64,000 bases of DNA, taken from the NCBI GenBank assembly GCA_973895155.1, contig OZ316894.1, positions 11,944,828-12,008,827 of the forward strand, read 5' to 3'. The notes beneath the pieces were generated by a model, which saw only the letters and a program-made list of their open reading frames with translations, ran no database searches and was not told the origin of the DNA. The translations under genes were made by a program, and so were the position numbers. This document shows positions 11,656-22,162 of this stretch, piece after piece (the first letter of the stretch is position 1; every line of letters begins with the position of its first letter). Source of the stretch: Marsupella aquatica. Its lineage: Eukaryota > Plantae > Marchantiophyta.

Positions 11656-13253
11656 TGCACTAGTAGTAAAACTTGTTGTGGGCCCAAAATTTGACCCTAA
11701 ACTAACTATCGTGGTTTTATTTATATTAACATATTAATTTTCTTTTTTTGTTTTACAAACACTTAATTGGACTTTGAAATTTCATCTCATTGTTATATAT
11801 GCAACCCTAGCCGTTTCCAAAGCTATCCTCATGCATGCCACCTTTTTGAAAACCCTAGCTGTAACCTAAACACATGCATTCTCCATCTTGTAAAGAAACT
11901 CTCTCAAACATTTCCATTCTACAAACTTTTCAAACAACTCTCTTTGCAAAACATTTTCAAGCTTGTCAAGAAGCAACTTCTAAACACTTTGTGAATAACA
12001 CACCATCGGTAATTGTGATGCCAATGGGTTCTCAACTTTGCGAATCAATTGGCTTCGGTAACTTGCGACTATTTATACTTCACAATATTGTGCGAAGCTA
12101 ATAGGTTCACAAGATATATTTTAGAACCTTATTATCGCTAAATTATGAAACAAAAGAGATCCAAATGCAGTCGCGATGGTCGCGGATCCACAAATACTTT
12201 GCGAGACGAATAGTATTTGAAAGAGTTGCGAATTCAATCCGGTCTCAAACAAATTGCGATGTATTTAGCTTCGCAACACTATGTTGCAAACCTTTGAGCA
12301 TGGTTTATTGTGATGCGTGTTTGATCACAAAATATCTGAAGTCGATGACATCGCAAGACCATCCCGGCGTAAAAAAAAAGCTTCACAAAAGGGGCCAATA
12401 TGTAGTAGTGTCTTGTGGACATTCTCCCCCATGTGATGCATGGTTAACTTGGCCACGGCGACGGTGGCCACGGGCAGCCGGCTCCTTCCTCTTCCTACCC
12501 CAAGAATTGTCCCCGGGGTGACTCATAGAGGGGGACATCTCCCCGTCTTCCCTATCTGGTAGGGGTAGTGCAACTACTGTCAGAACTGGTGTTTGGGGCC
12601 GCAACGATCACCGTGTGGTCCATCAAGGCCGCCTCTTGGGTCCGGGCTTGCTGAGGTGGTGGTGTTGTCCCGATGCAATAAGTACCCGATGGGTTGCGGT
12701 TGAGGGGAGGGGCCTCATCCTCCGAGCTGAGATTGACCGCATTTACCATAGACCATACCCGAACAGGCGGTATGACTGGTGGTGGAGATTGGCTTGAGTG
12801 AGGCCGAGGCGGTGTTTGGTTATTCCCGGGCTGGATGGATGCCATAGTAGTCAAGGCGGAACCGTACACTTGGGTTGTAGTATGTCCTGACTGGGCGAGT
12901 GCTTGGGCTTTGGCGAAGATCTCGTTAAAGTGGTGTTGTTGTAGGTCGATGGTCCCCAAAATCTGAAAGACCTCATAGGGGAGGTAGAGGATGGCTTCCC
13001 CAAAGCCAAGGTACTTATCTCCGTCAAAGAAGAGCTCGGATATTTTCTTGTCCTTGCAGTACTTGCTCTCAAAGGCGAGCCCCAAATCACAGATCCAATG
13101 GGAATGGCCTAGCAGACGGACTTGTCGTTCAAAATGCTTCTCAATGGCATACCTCCGTGGATTGATATCTGCAAGCAAAGCCGCAAGATGGCTTCCTATT
13201 GTAAGGAATCAATACCAAAACTAGAGGGCTGAGCTTGACAGGATAGGGCCAGA

Positions 13254-13800
13254 CCTCACCTGATAAAAAATTAGTTCTCCATAAGTGTGGACAATGTACA
13301 CAAGAACGCACACATGCAACATCCAATAATACAGCAGGTCTAATCCAAGACCTTACCTAATGAACATTGACAACAATCTGCTGATGATGATCACCCAAGA
13401 GTGGCACATTCTCCAAAATGTAGGCTGGAGACTGTGTCTGATGCAACTGAAGATAACGCAACACCCGTAACATCTCCCAAAATAATGCAAACCGTGGATC
13501 ATGAAGTCCATGTCCAACTCCAGCTCTAGATTGGCCCTGACATGGCCAACCAGCAATCACCAAATCAATGGGGCCAACACAACCCAAATAATTTGCCCCC
13601 AACAATGAAATATCAATAGGCAATGCATGCTGATAGCCACAAATGGCATCCACTGGTAACAATTGTGGATAACAATCCACCAACAATGCGACATGACGCA
13701 ATTTGTCTCCACATACAAGTAATGACACACTAAAATTCCTACCTTAAGGACAACAGCCAATCCAGTCTAATCCCACCAAATAAATCCAACAAACAAATAC
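13254..13800 (-). pseudogene. DNMT3-like C5 cytosine methyltransferase domain in the retroelement polyprotein (frameshifted, truncated after motif VIII)
   Basis: Motif I LLDLFGGI (~13769-13795), motif IV DLVIAGWPCQG (~13534-13566), motif VI YILENV (~13405-13422), motif VIII-like LLDVA.V.S.VH.P.LW.TN (~13270-13330). Confidence 0.85.
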
Positions 13801-14199
13801 CCTCCAATGGATACTGCCATTCAATGGGAGTGGTATCCAATGGTGAAAGCATCATCGGCCCACCTGCAAAAGATTGCTCTGCTCCTAGATGTGGTGTAAA
13901 AGCATGACGCCATGCATCATGTACCAATTGTGCTCTTGACCGTGGCAAGGATTGGCTAGTGCCCCACACTAGTGGCACAACACTACTAACAGGTAACCCA
14001 CTCATGACCTCTTCCTCATGTGACTCCTCTATTGCTGAACCATCTGTTGCATGTGTGTTACCCTCAATCAAATCATCAGGATCAACGATCATAGCATTGA
14101 ATGCTGCCAAAGACAATGGTGACATAGGTTTAGGGCCTCTCATAGGTCTACTAAATCGCACTGGCAATCTGCTCAATCTAGCATCTCCTGATTGCCAAT

Positions 14200-14530
14200 A
14201 AGGTTGGTATGAAATAGATTCATCCCAAAAATCAAGAATGAATCCCATAGGGTAAAGCATTGTACATCCCACCAACACATCATACGACTTTGCCTTAGTC
14301 AAAATAGCTTGCGCCTGTATGGGAGAGCTATCCTTTGCATGACGCACGTAAATCTGCAAGTTAAGTGGTCGTCTTGTGATGTGCTATGTGTGTGTAGGTC
14401 CCCCCAATGAAGTCTGAATAGGAAAGGGACACTCCTCTAGATCATCTAGATGCAATCCCAATCCTTGTACCGCAGACTTACCCAACATCAAGGGCTAGAC
14501 ACCAGTATCCAATAACACCCTCTCTGGCTA
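14200..14530 (-). pseudogene. Retropepsin-type aspartic protease
   Basis: RVLLDTGV*PLMLG ... IQTSLGG ... YDVLVG in a single frame with TAG stops, continuing in frame to MTase motif I. Confidence 0.8.
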
Positions 14531-15787
14531 GTATATTGCTCTAGTAGACCCAACTAATCGAAAGATATCGCTCTGATTATCCAATGACACAATGCTAGGT
14601 TTAAACCTAGTCCTCTCAAATGCAGGGTGTGCTAACAAGTCCATCAACTTTGTCACTGCTGCATGCCATGTCTCACTAGTAGCAGTAGGTGGTGTCAACT
14701 TTGCTGCTCTAGAATTGCGTGTTGCCTCTGCATGAGAAACCAAAACTGGAGTATCCTTGCATAATGTGGTTGCCAATCTGAACGTACACATAAGCTGGAC
14801 CAACTCCCAATGTCAGCATATTTGTCGCTAAAAATAATGGGGTGCGCACTACGGTAGTAGCCGCCCCAGCAAGGTACCTGTCATCCTTGTTGTAACATCA
14901 TGTGATTCTGCCAACTTGCCCACACTAGGGTTTGTCCAAATTGGGTTCATAGAGGCAGTCAGAAATATCTCTAACATTGTAAAAGACTGAGAAAGCTTTG
15001 TCTGACGACGTGCATCTCGCCTCTATGGATCTAGCTCCTCGAGGCTCAAGAGCTTTGGCTGCTCCACATGTCAAAGCTGCTGATGCATCAATGTGTGCAA
15101 TGCCACACATGAATCCCATGGTGGCAAGGTCTTCATTAGCCCCATAAGATGTGGAAGCTCCATAGGATGTAGAAGCCCCATCACCAGAAGCAAGTATCAC
15201 CTGAGAACTAGACATGATAGCTAGTTTTTGCTCTAACTGAGGCGGAACTGAGGCGGAACTTGGACCAGGAAATAGGAGACCTAATCGATCACAACTTTGG
15301 CGATTAGGATCTTCAATCAGGAATTTCTAGTGCAACGGGATCGGGGGAGCAAGGGGATTCTTCTGATAGCATCGAAAGATGGATTGAGCAAGGCTAGCAG
15401 GAGCGGAAAACCGGATGAAACTGGCCAAGGGACAACTCAGCGTGTCCAATCGACAGAACTGTAGGGCAAGTGGCTTTTTCCTGAGCGATTGTTGGTACTC
15501 GAGAACGCTACAGAGAGTGGAGATCACATTATACCCGTAAGCTAACTTAAGCTTTGGATTGCAAGTGACGTCGAAGGAGTGGCCTGTGGCCTCGTCGGGA
15601 AGAGACAACGCTTAGCGTGCAGCTGAATTTTACTATCGTGGTGAGAAGCTGCAACAGGAGCACCATCGAATCGATACCGGGCACACTGAATCCAAAACAG
15701 GTAAGACGACTAGTTGCAAGGTGTCAATCCAATTAAGAGATCTGCTAAGTGCATAAGGACATTCTATAATACTAGGGTCTTTTTGGG

Positions 15788-17926
15788 ATGGAACACGCCC
15801 GGGATCCTCGGTCCCTCTTTCCCGATGGGGTTTCTGGTGGCCGTGCTCTGGCGGGAAGAAGTGGTGGTAGATCGCTTGGTGGGCGTACTGGTGGAAGCCA
15901 AGGGACATTACCTGATCGCTATAATAGGAACCCTCAGAATTTCCTGATGAATCAACAATACTCAGCTCAGGATGCGCGCACCGGCGGGGTGTCACTGCAA
16001 CGGCCCTTTGATTTGGCATACAACGAGATGGGAGCTCGGTCGTCTGCGCAGGTGAGGAAGGAATCCACTACTTTCCTATCAGCACAGGCAGAATGGGAGA
16101 AACAGAGAACAGCGGAAGATGGTGGGCACGAAGAGAATGAATTCAACTATGGAACTCAAGTGGGGCCAGCACAAATTGAGCATCGAAGGGAAAACATGTA
16201 TAGGGGTCACATGAGCTCCTTCAGCGGCAGGCACTATGGAAACAATCGACCTCAAGATGCAACTATGATGGACCAACGGGAGACTGAAGAAGTTACAGAA
16301 GAATGTGTTAGAATTCTAAAAGGGATCGCAGAGAACTCAAAAGAGAAGTGGGAAGACAGCCTCTATACTACTATGGAATGGAGCCTAGAGGAAGCGGCAG
16401 TTAACATCCATCAACTGTACAACTGTGGAGCTTTGTTTTACTTCACCGAAAGGACACCGCTGCTGCAGGTTTTCAGAGAATGGATTGAAGAGACAATGGT
16501 TAAGGAGATGAGGTGGCCGGTGGTCCAGGTTAAGTTTGTAGGCAGGAACTTCTACCTGGTGGTCTTTGAGCAGCCCGACCACAGAGATGAAGCACTTGCA
16601 TCGGCCCCTTGGTTCATGGAGAGGAGATTTGTATATGCATTTGCATGGGAACCAGCGTTTGATGTTAAGAATGAGAGCTTCACCAAGCTCCCGGTTTGGA
16701 TTGAAATTCCGTTTAGAGCTTTGATTTTGGAAGGATGCCGCCGGAGGATTGCTAAATCTTTTGGACCACTCTTATACTACATACAAGGAGAGGAATACAG
16801 CTCTTACCCGCATGATAGAGCTTGTATCTTATGGGATACCGAAAGAGAAATACCGGCTAGCGTTCGGATTCAACTGAGAGAAGACATTGTGATATGGCAA
16901 CCAGTCATTTTCAGGAACATTCCCTTCCATTGCTACAAATGCAACGTCAAGGGACACCTTGCACGAGACTGCACTACGGAATTGCAAGAGAATGACAAAG
17001 CTGGGAAGGGGCAAGGTGGGACTTCGGGCCCGGAGAAGAAGGAAACAGGACAAGATTTCAATAACACGACCACAGATTTCAATAACACGATCACAGAGAT
17101 CCACGGACCTGAAGAGATGGGCCCTCCCTCGGCTGTTTGTGCAAACGCCACCTTACGCCATGAAGGAGATGCTTTTGAAGGAGAGGAAATGAACCAAAAT
17201 GCAGAAATTGAGCAAGATATAGAATCTCAGGTTGCACGATCTAACTTGCTTGTTGCTCATAGTGGTGGGGTTATCAATTTGAGCCTGCAGGGCCGTGTGA
17301 GGGAGCCCTCGTTCCCTCGCGAGGGAACAGACTACAGGTCCATTGCACCTCTACAAGTCTCAGGGAATGCCTCGAAGGAAAGCAACACTGTAAGTCGTCC
17401 CATGGGAAGACTTGACCTGGGAGCGTCGAGCTTTGAACCTGTGCCCTTAGGACGAACTGTAAAGCCGTCTGGACAAATCCCTGCTACTCCTAACTCAAGC
17501 GTTGGAGGAGAGGAAGCGTTCTCCTATCATGGGGACTCAGATATTGAGATGTCTGAATATGACGAATACATCCTCCGGAGCCAGGCTAAGGCGCGCGCAC
17601 GAAAGCAGGAAATGAGGACACCCCAGAGAGAAAAGATTAATAAAGAGAAATTAGAAGGGAAAAAGCAACGTTCTCTCCTGTTCTCACACGATAATCTGAT
17701 GGATGCAGGTTCTGAGGAGCAATTGGAAGGGATCGATCGGGAGCAAGGACGCTGGGACAAGGAGAGACTTAGATCTGCGGATGGTAGATCGGAAGGGAGG
17801 ACCTCGCCTCTGAAGAACCTGGCTATTCGACCCACTGATAAGAATGGCTATACTGTGTCCTCACGGCCTTCAACGCCCATGAGTGGTGGGGGGGGTGCTT
17901 CTCCTGGAGGGCGCCCCCGTATCTAA
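15788..17926 (+). CDS. LINE ORF1 (DUF4283-like domain plus CCHC zinc knuckle)
   Basis: 712-aa open ORF with APWFM...WEPAF...LPVWIEIP and CYKCNVKGHLARDC. Confidence 0.85.
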   Translation: MEHARDPRSLFPDGVSGGRALAGRSGGRSLGGRTGGSQGTLPDRYNRNPQNFLMNQQYSAQDARTGGVSLQRPFDLAYNEMGARSSAQVRKESTTFLSAQAEWEKQRTAEDGGHEENEFNYGTQVGPAQIEHRRENMYRGHMSSFSGRHYGNNRPQDATMMDQRETEEVTEECVRILKGIAENSKEKWEDSLYTTMEWSLEEAAVNIHQLYNCGALFYFTERTPLLQVFREWIEETMVKEMRWPVVQVKFVGRNFYLVVFEQPDHRDEALASAPWFMERRFVYAFAWEPAFDVKNESFTKLPVWIEIPFRALILEGCRRRIAKSFGPLLYYIQGEEYSSYPHDRACILWDTEREIPASVRIQLREDIVIWQPVIFRNIPFHCYKCNVKGHLARDCTTELQENDKAGKGQGGTSGPEKKETGQDFNNTTTDFNNTITEIHGPEEMGPPSAVCANATLRHEGDAFEGEEMNQNAEIEQDIESQVARSNLLVAHSGGVINLSLQGRVREPSFPREGTDYRSIAPLQVSGNASKESNTVSRPMGRLDLGASSFEPVPLGRTVKPSGQIPATPNSSVGGEEAFSYHGDSDIEMSEYDEYILRSQAKARARKQEMRTPQREKINKEKLEGKKQRSLLFSHDNLMDAGSEEQLEGIDREQGRWDKERLRSADGRSEGRTSPLKNLAIRPTDKNGYTVSSRPSTPMSGGGGASPGGRPRI

Positions 17927-17969
17927 TCGCTAACTTTGAATTCTGGGAGCCTCCTTGCGCTCTAAGAAG

Positions 17970-20900
17970 ATGGAGGACCGGCTGAGAATGGCTTCATGGA
18001 ATGTATGTGGGTTAGGTGAACCAAATAGGAAACAACTAGTCAAACAGTGGATAAAAGGATTAACTGCTCCACTTGGAGCGCTGGCTCTTCAAGAAGTCAA
18101 GACAGATAGCTTTAGATTAGATATAGCACTTCGAGCAATTCTACCTGATTACCACCACTTTATGTCTGAACCAGAGGAGGGCAGAGGGGGATCAACGCTA
18201 TCTATTCACCCAAAGTGGAAGGTGCTTAATCAGGGAATCTTAGATTTAGGAAGAGTTGTATGGGTAATTCTAGAACATAAGAAAGGGCCGATTGGAATTG
18301 CCAACATTTATGCACCAAACTCAGCCAGATCTCGAGCGGTTGTATGGCATGAACTCAAATTGGCTCTACCTCAGGCGTATTGGATTATATGCGGGGATTT
18401 CAACATGACGGAAGATCGTGCGGACTCAACGGGAGGATCTTCGCTTATTAGGGGGCTGGAATCAGAATTTTGGCGCTTCCTGACAACCAGGTTTGATCTG
18501 GTGGATGCAATGAAGATCGGAGGGCTAAAGTTTGGTTCTCTATTCACATGGAGGAGGTGGAGAGGAGAGGAGCTGATGCAATCAAGGTTGGATCGCTTCT
18601 ACGTTAGCGATGGAGGCTGGTGGGTCTGTGGTCCGGTCTGCCTCATGCACGATGGTGGGTCCACGCTTTCTGATCATGACCCTATCCTATTGGAACTTCG
18701 ACTCCAGGAGGCTGGGGAGTGCGAAGGGTTGGACCGGGTTCACCTCTTTAAGGCTGACCCCACTGTACTGAGAAAAGAGGAAAACAGGGAGAAGCTCGAA
18801 GCTGCCTGGAGGAGCGGAAAGGACAATGCTAGGGATCCACACGCGAGATTTGCCATAGCTTGCAGCGCACTACGGAAGGCTTACAAGGAAATACAGGCGC
18901 TACCAAAGAAGAAGGAAGAAGAAATGAACTTCTTAAGAGCCCAACTACGGAATCTAAAGGAGACGTTAGAAGAATTCAACTCTGAGGAAACAGTGACGGA
19001 GTATGTCCTGGCGGAAGATCAGCTTCACCTGGCTGAAATGGAGGAAGCGATGCTAGGCAGAAGATTGGCACGAATTAAATGGCTTGGAGAAGGGGAAGAA
19101 AGCACTAAATTCTATTTCGCTACGATTAAAGCCAAACGAGACCGAGAGAAGATGTCCTTCCTGCAAAGGGAGGATGACTTGACCATAGTGGACCCAGCGC
19201 TGATAATGAGAGAAGTGGAAAAGCACTGCAACAATCTATACTCCCCTGAGTCACTTTCTTACTCGGAACACCAGGATTATTTGGTTGCTCGGAAGCGGCT
19301 GCTGGAGAAAACAAGACACTCTCTTACTGCAGCTGAGATTCGCATGATGGAAGGAATCCCATCGGTAAAAGAGGTTAAAGATGGACTTTGGTCTCTCCCA
19401 CTTGATAAGACTCCAGGACCAGACGGACTAACGGCAGAGGTCTTCAGGGCAGGCTGGGATTATATTCACACGGATTTGCTGGAGATGATACAAGACTACT
19501 GGTTAACAGGCAAGCTAGCGGCAAGCATCAAGCTGGGCATTATCAAGCTGATACCCAAGAAAGAGGACAAAAGATTCTTGAAAGATTGGAGACCACTGAC
19601 CATGCTAAATACGATTTATAAATTGATTGCTAAGCTTTTGGCTGCCCGGATGCAACTGGTCATCCCTAAGTTGATTAACAAGCAACAAACTGGGTTCATC
19701 CCTGGCCGTCACATCTTAGAGAATATATCGGTAGCATGGCTCACTGGCGAATGGGCTCGGAAGACAAGACGTCCGACACTCTTTCTGAAGCTAAACTTCG
19801 AAAAAGCTTTTGACAGGGTAAATCACGATTACTTGTGGGAAACAATGCTTCTCCTGGGGTTCAGTAGTTGGACCATTCAGCTAGTTCAAGTTTTGCTCTC
19901 TTCGCTGCTTCTTCACGGGTGGCTGTGAATGGGCTTATCTCAGAGGCAATTGTGTTGCGTAGGGGGGCGAGGCAGGGCTGCCCCCTCTCTCCCTTACTCT
20001 TTGTGCTGTCCACCCAACCGCTGATGACGTTCTTAGATTCAGAGATCAAAGAAGGAAGAGTGCAGGGAGTCAAGATCAGCGAACAATGTACTATCTGCTT
20101 CAGACTCTTTGCAGACGATGTTGGAATGTTTATCCCTGCATGTGAGACTGCATTCTCTGAGGCTAGAGCAGCGCTGGCCTGCTATGAGTGCGCGTCTGGT
20201 GCTAGACTGAATCTCCAAAAATCGATTATCATACCATTTGCGCTTGAGCACATTCCAGAATGGCTAAGCAAAACTGAATGCAGGATCAGCAAAGCAGGAG
20301 AGCTGCAGATCTATCTTGGGGCGCCATTCGGACTAGAGCTTGGGGCGGATCAAATTCACAAATTCTGTTTAGACAAGATCGCTAAGAGATTGGCTTCCTG
20401 GGCTAACAAACTGATCTCATTCACTGGAAGGACTCTATTGATTAAACAGGTTTTGTTGGCTATCCCTATCTACCATGTAATGCACTTGCGATCATCTGCT
20501 GGGCTGGCAAAGAAATTGGTGGCGCTTTGCAGGGACTTTCTGTGGGGCTATAATCATGAGGGGAACAAGAAAACTCCTCTGGTGGCCTGGACGAAGATGG
20601 CAAGGCCTAAAACAGAGGGCGGACTTGGTTTCAAAGACTTCCGCACTCACTCTGAGGCTCTACTTACCCAATGGTTCATGAAGGCTCTGGATTGCCCCAC
20701 TGCTGAATGGTCGCTATTGCTGCAGGCTAACCTTGATCTCATGGGCTGGAGGCTTTACAAGGTGATACGTCGGAACAATTACACTTTCCAGGATAAGCTA
20801 CTGATGTGTTCGCCACGGGCTAGCGGAGGAATGCCTTACACATGGGGCCTGTGGATGGCTTGGGAGGCCTTAAGGCGTGGCCTCTCTTTTGTGCCCGGTG

Positions 20901-21847
20901 TGGACGGTATACCTGGCAGATGGAGCATTCAGGACTCTATTCGATGTCTCGTCGGGCCCCACTCCTGGCCAGTCACTGATTTGGAGGAGGTCACAAAGAC
21001 CTTAGGGAGACTAGGAATCAGGAAAATAGCTGACTGCTGGTCTGGGGGCTCAGGGGTATGGATCGACCTTTCTTGTCGCTGGCATTATCTTAGAGGTGTC
21101 TCTGAAGAATGTAAGTCACAGTGTGCACTCATACTGGATGTCATCCTTCGTGGCCACTCCTGCTGGCTGGACCTGGAACCGCGTGCTAGGCAGTGGCGCT
21201 GGGCTGACACTCGGGATTTCTCAAAGTCCTTTCGAATTAACAACCAGCGAGCTTACGAACTCTTGAGGGACAAAAGCACTGACTTTGAGAGATGGAATCG
21301 AATTTGGGGATGCAGGCAATCGGAAACAGAATGGAATTCTGTCTGGACTCGAATTTGGACTTCTGATTTGTCTTCCAGGGCAAAAACATTCATTTGGCGC
21401 TTGATAGTTGGTGGTCTCTTCACGGGATCTTGGGCTGCTAAGATTGGTGCAGGCTCAGGTATATGCCATGTTTGCCCTGGGAGAATTGAAAGCATCCCCC
21501 ACCTTTTCTTTGGCTGTGCTCACGCCATGCTCTGTTGGGGAATCGGAGAGTCCAGCTCCTTGAGACAACTGTTTGGCAAGGGTTGGGGTAGCCTGGAACT
21601 CCTTGTTGCTACTGATTCCAAAACACACACCCAATCTGCCTGCCTTTTCCTGCATTATCAAATGCTGTGGGCTCTTTGGATGGGACGAAATGAGCAGATT
21701 TTTGAGAAAAAGGTGATCCGAGTATTTGACTTTGGGCTGGTCCTATCGGAAACCGAGACTCACTTGCGGGCTGCGGGCTGGTGCCTCCCCATTGGTGGGC
21801 GGCGCATCAGACTGGCTAAGGCTAGGGATCTCATAGCTTTAGAATGA
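17970..21847 (+). pseudogene. LINE ORF2 (APE endonuclease, RT, zf-RVT), frameshifted near 19890
   Basis: SWNVCG, LQE, GDFN, SRLDRFY, SDHDP; PGPDG, WRPLT, RQGCPLSP, FADD; C..C....ESIPHLFFGC. Split over ORFs 17955-19928 and 19868-21847. Confidence 0.95.
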
Positions 21848-22162
21848 CGACAATGGTTTGCTAGGAGTACTGGCAGAGTCACCTCTGTGGCTGCGTTGCT
21901 GGTCTAGGAGTGATAGCTATTGGAAGAGGTTGAATGGGATACCTCGCTTTACCGGCTCTAGGGCTCTTGAAGTTGACATGATGTATGGGTCACTCACATT
22001 TTGGGCCACTAGGTTTAGTCCCCCCTTTTTTCTTTTTTTATTGTGATTCTGGCCTTTGCTTTTGCCGCTGGCCTCCCTGAGGGAGTTGTTCTGATGTATC
22101 TATGGGGCTGTTTGCTTCCCCCCGACCGTGGGGTTTTCGCGGTCTCACCTTTTATTATAAAA

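Larger units (their letters stand above)
8238..12410. mobile_element. CACTA (En/Spm) DNA transposon, internally deleted
   Basis: Right end ...TGTAGTAGTG, left end CACGACAACACTATCAGCC (degenerate TIR), 3-bp TSD TCT at 8235-8237 and 12411-12413. Dense TTGCGA/TCGCAA subterminal repeats and a DUF4216-like ORF. Confidence 0.85.
5539..13250 (-). mobile_element. Truncated Gypsy-type LTR element: decayed long extra ORF plus 3' LTR (5539-~6125)
   Basis: The LTR ends GGTGCGACA (minus strand) at 5539 and is homologous to 930-1574. ORF pieces lie at 12552-13178, ~7650-8190 (EFILNFD...LIFGL, resembling plant-TE accessory domains) and 6249-7009 (coiled coil). It is split by a CACTA element and a MITE. Confidence 0.6.
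15241..22162 (+). mobile_element. Near-full-length L1-clade LINE
   Basis: 5' UTR, ORF1, ORF2 and a 3' end TTTTATTATAAAAAA. The flanks rejoin into the Gypsy frame. Confidence 0.9.

Noticed and set aside
13254-13800. Bacterial restriction-modification MTase contamination, or a host DRM/CMT gene
   Set aside because: It is intronless, in frame with a retroelement protease and embedded in nested plant TEs. The motif order is unpermuted and there is no chromodomain.
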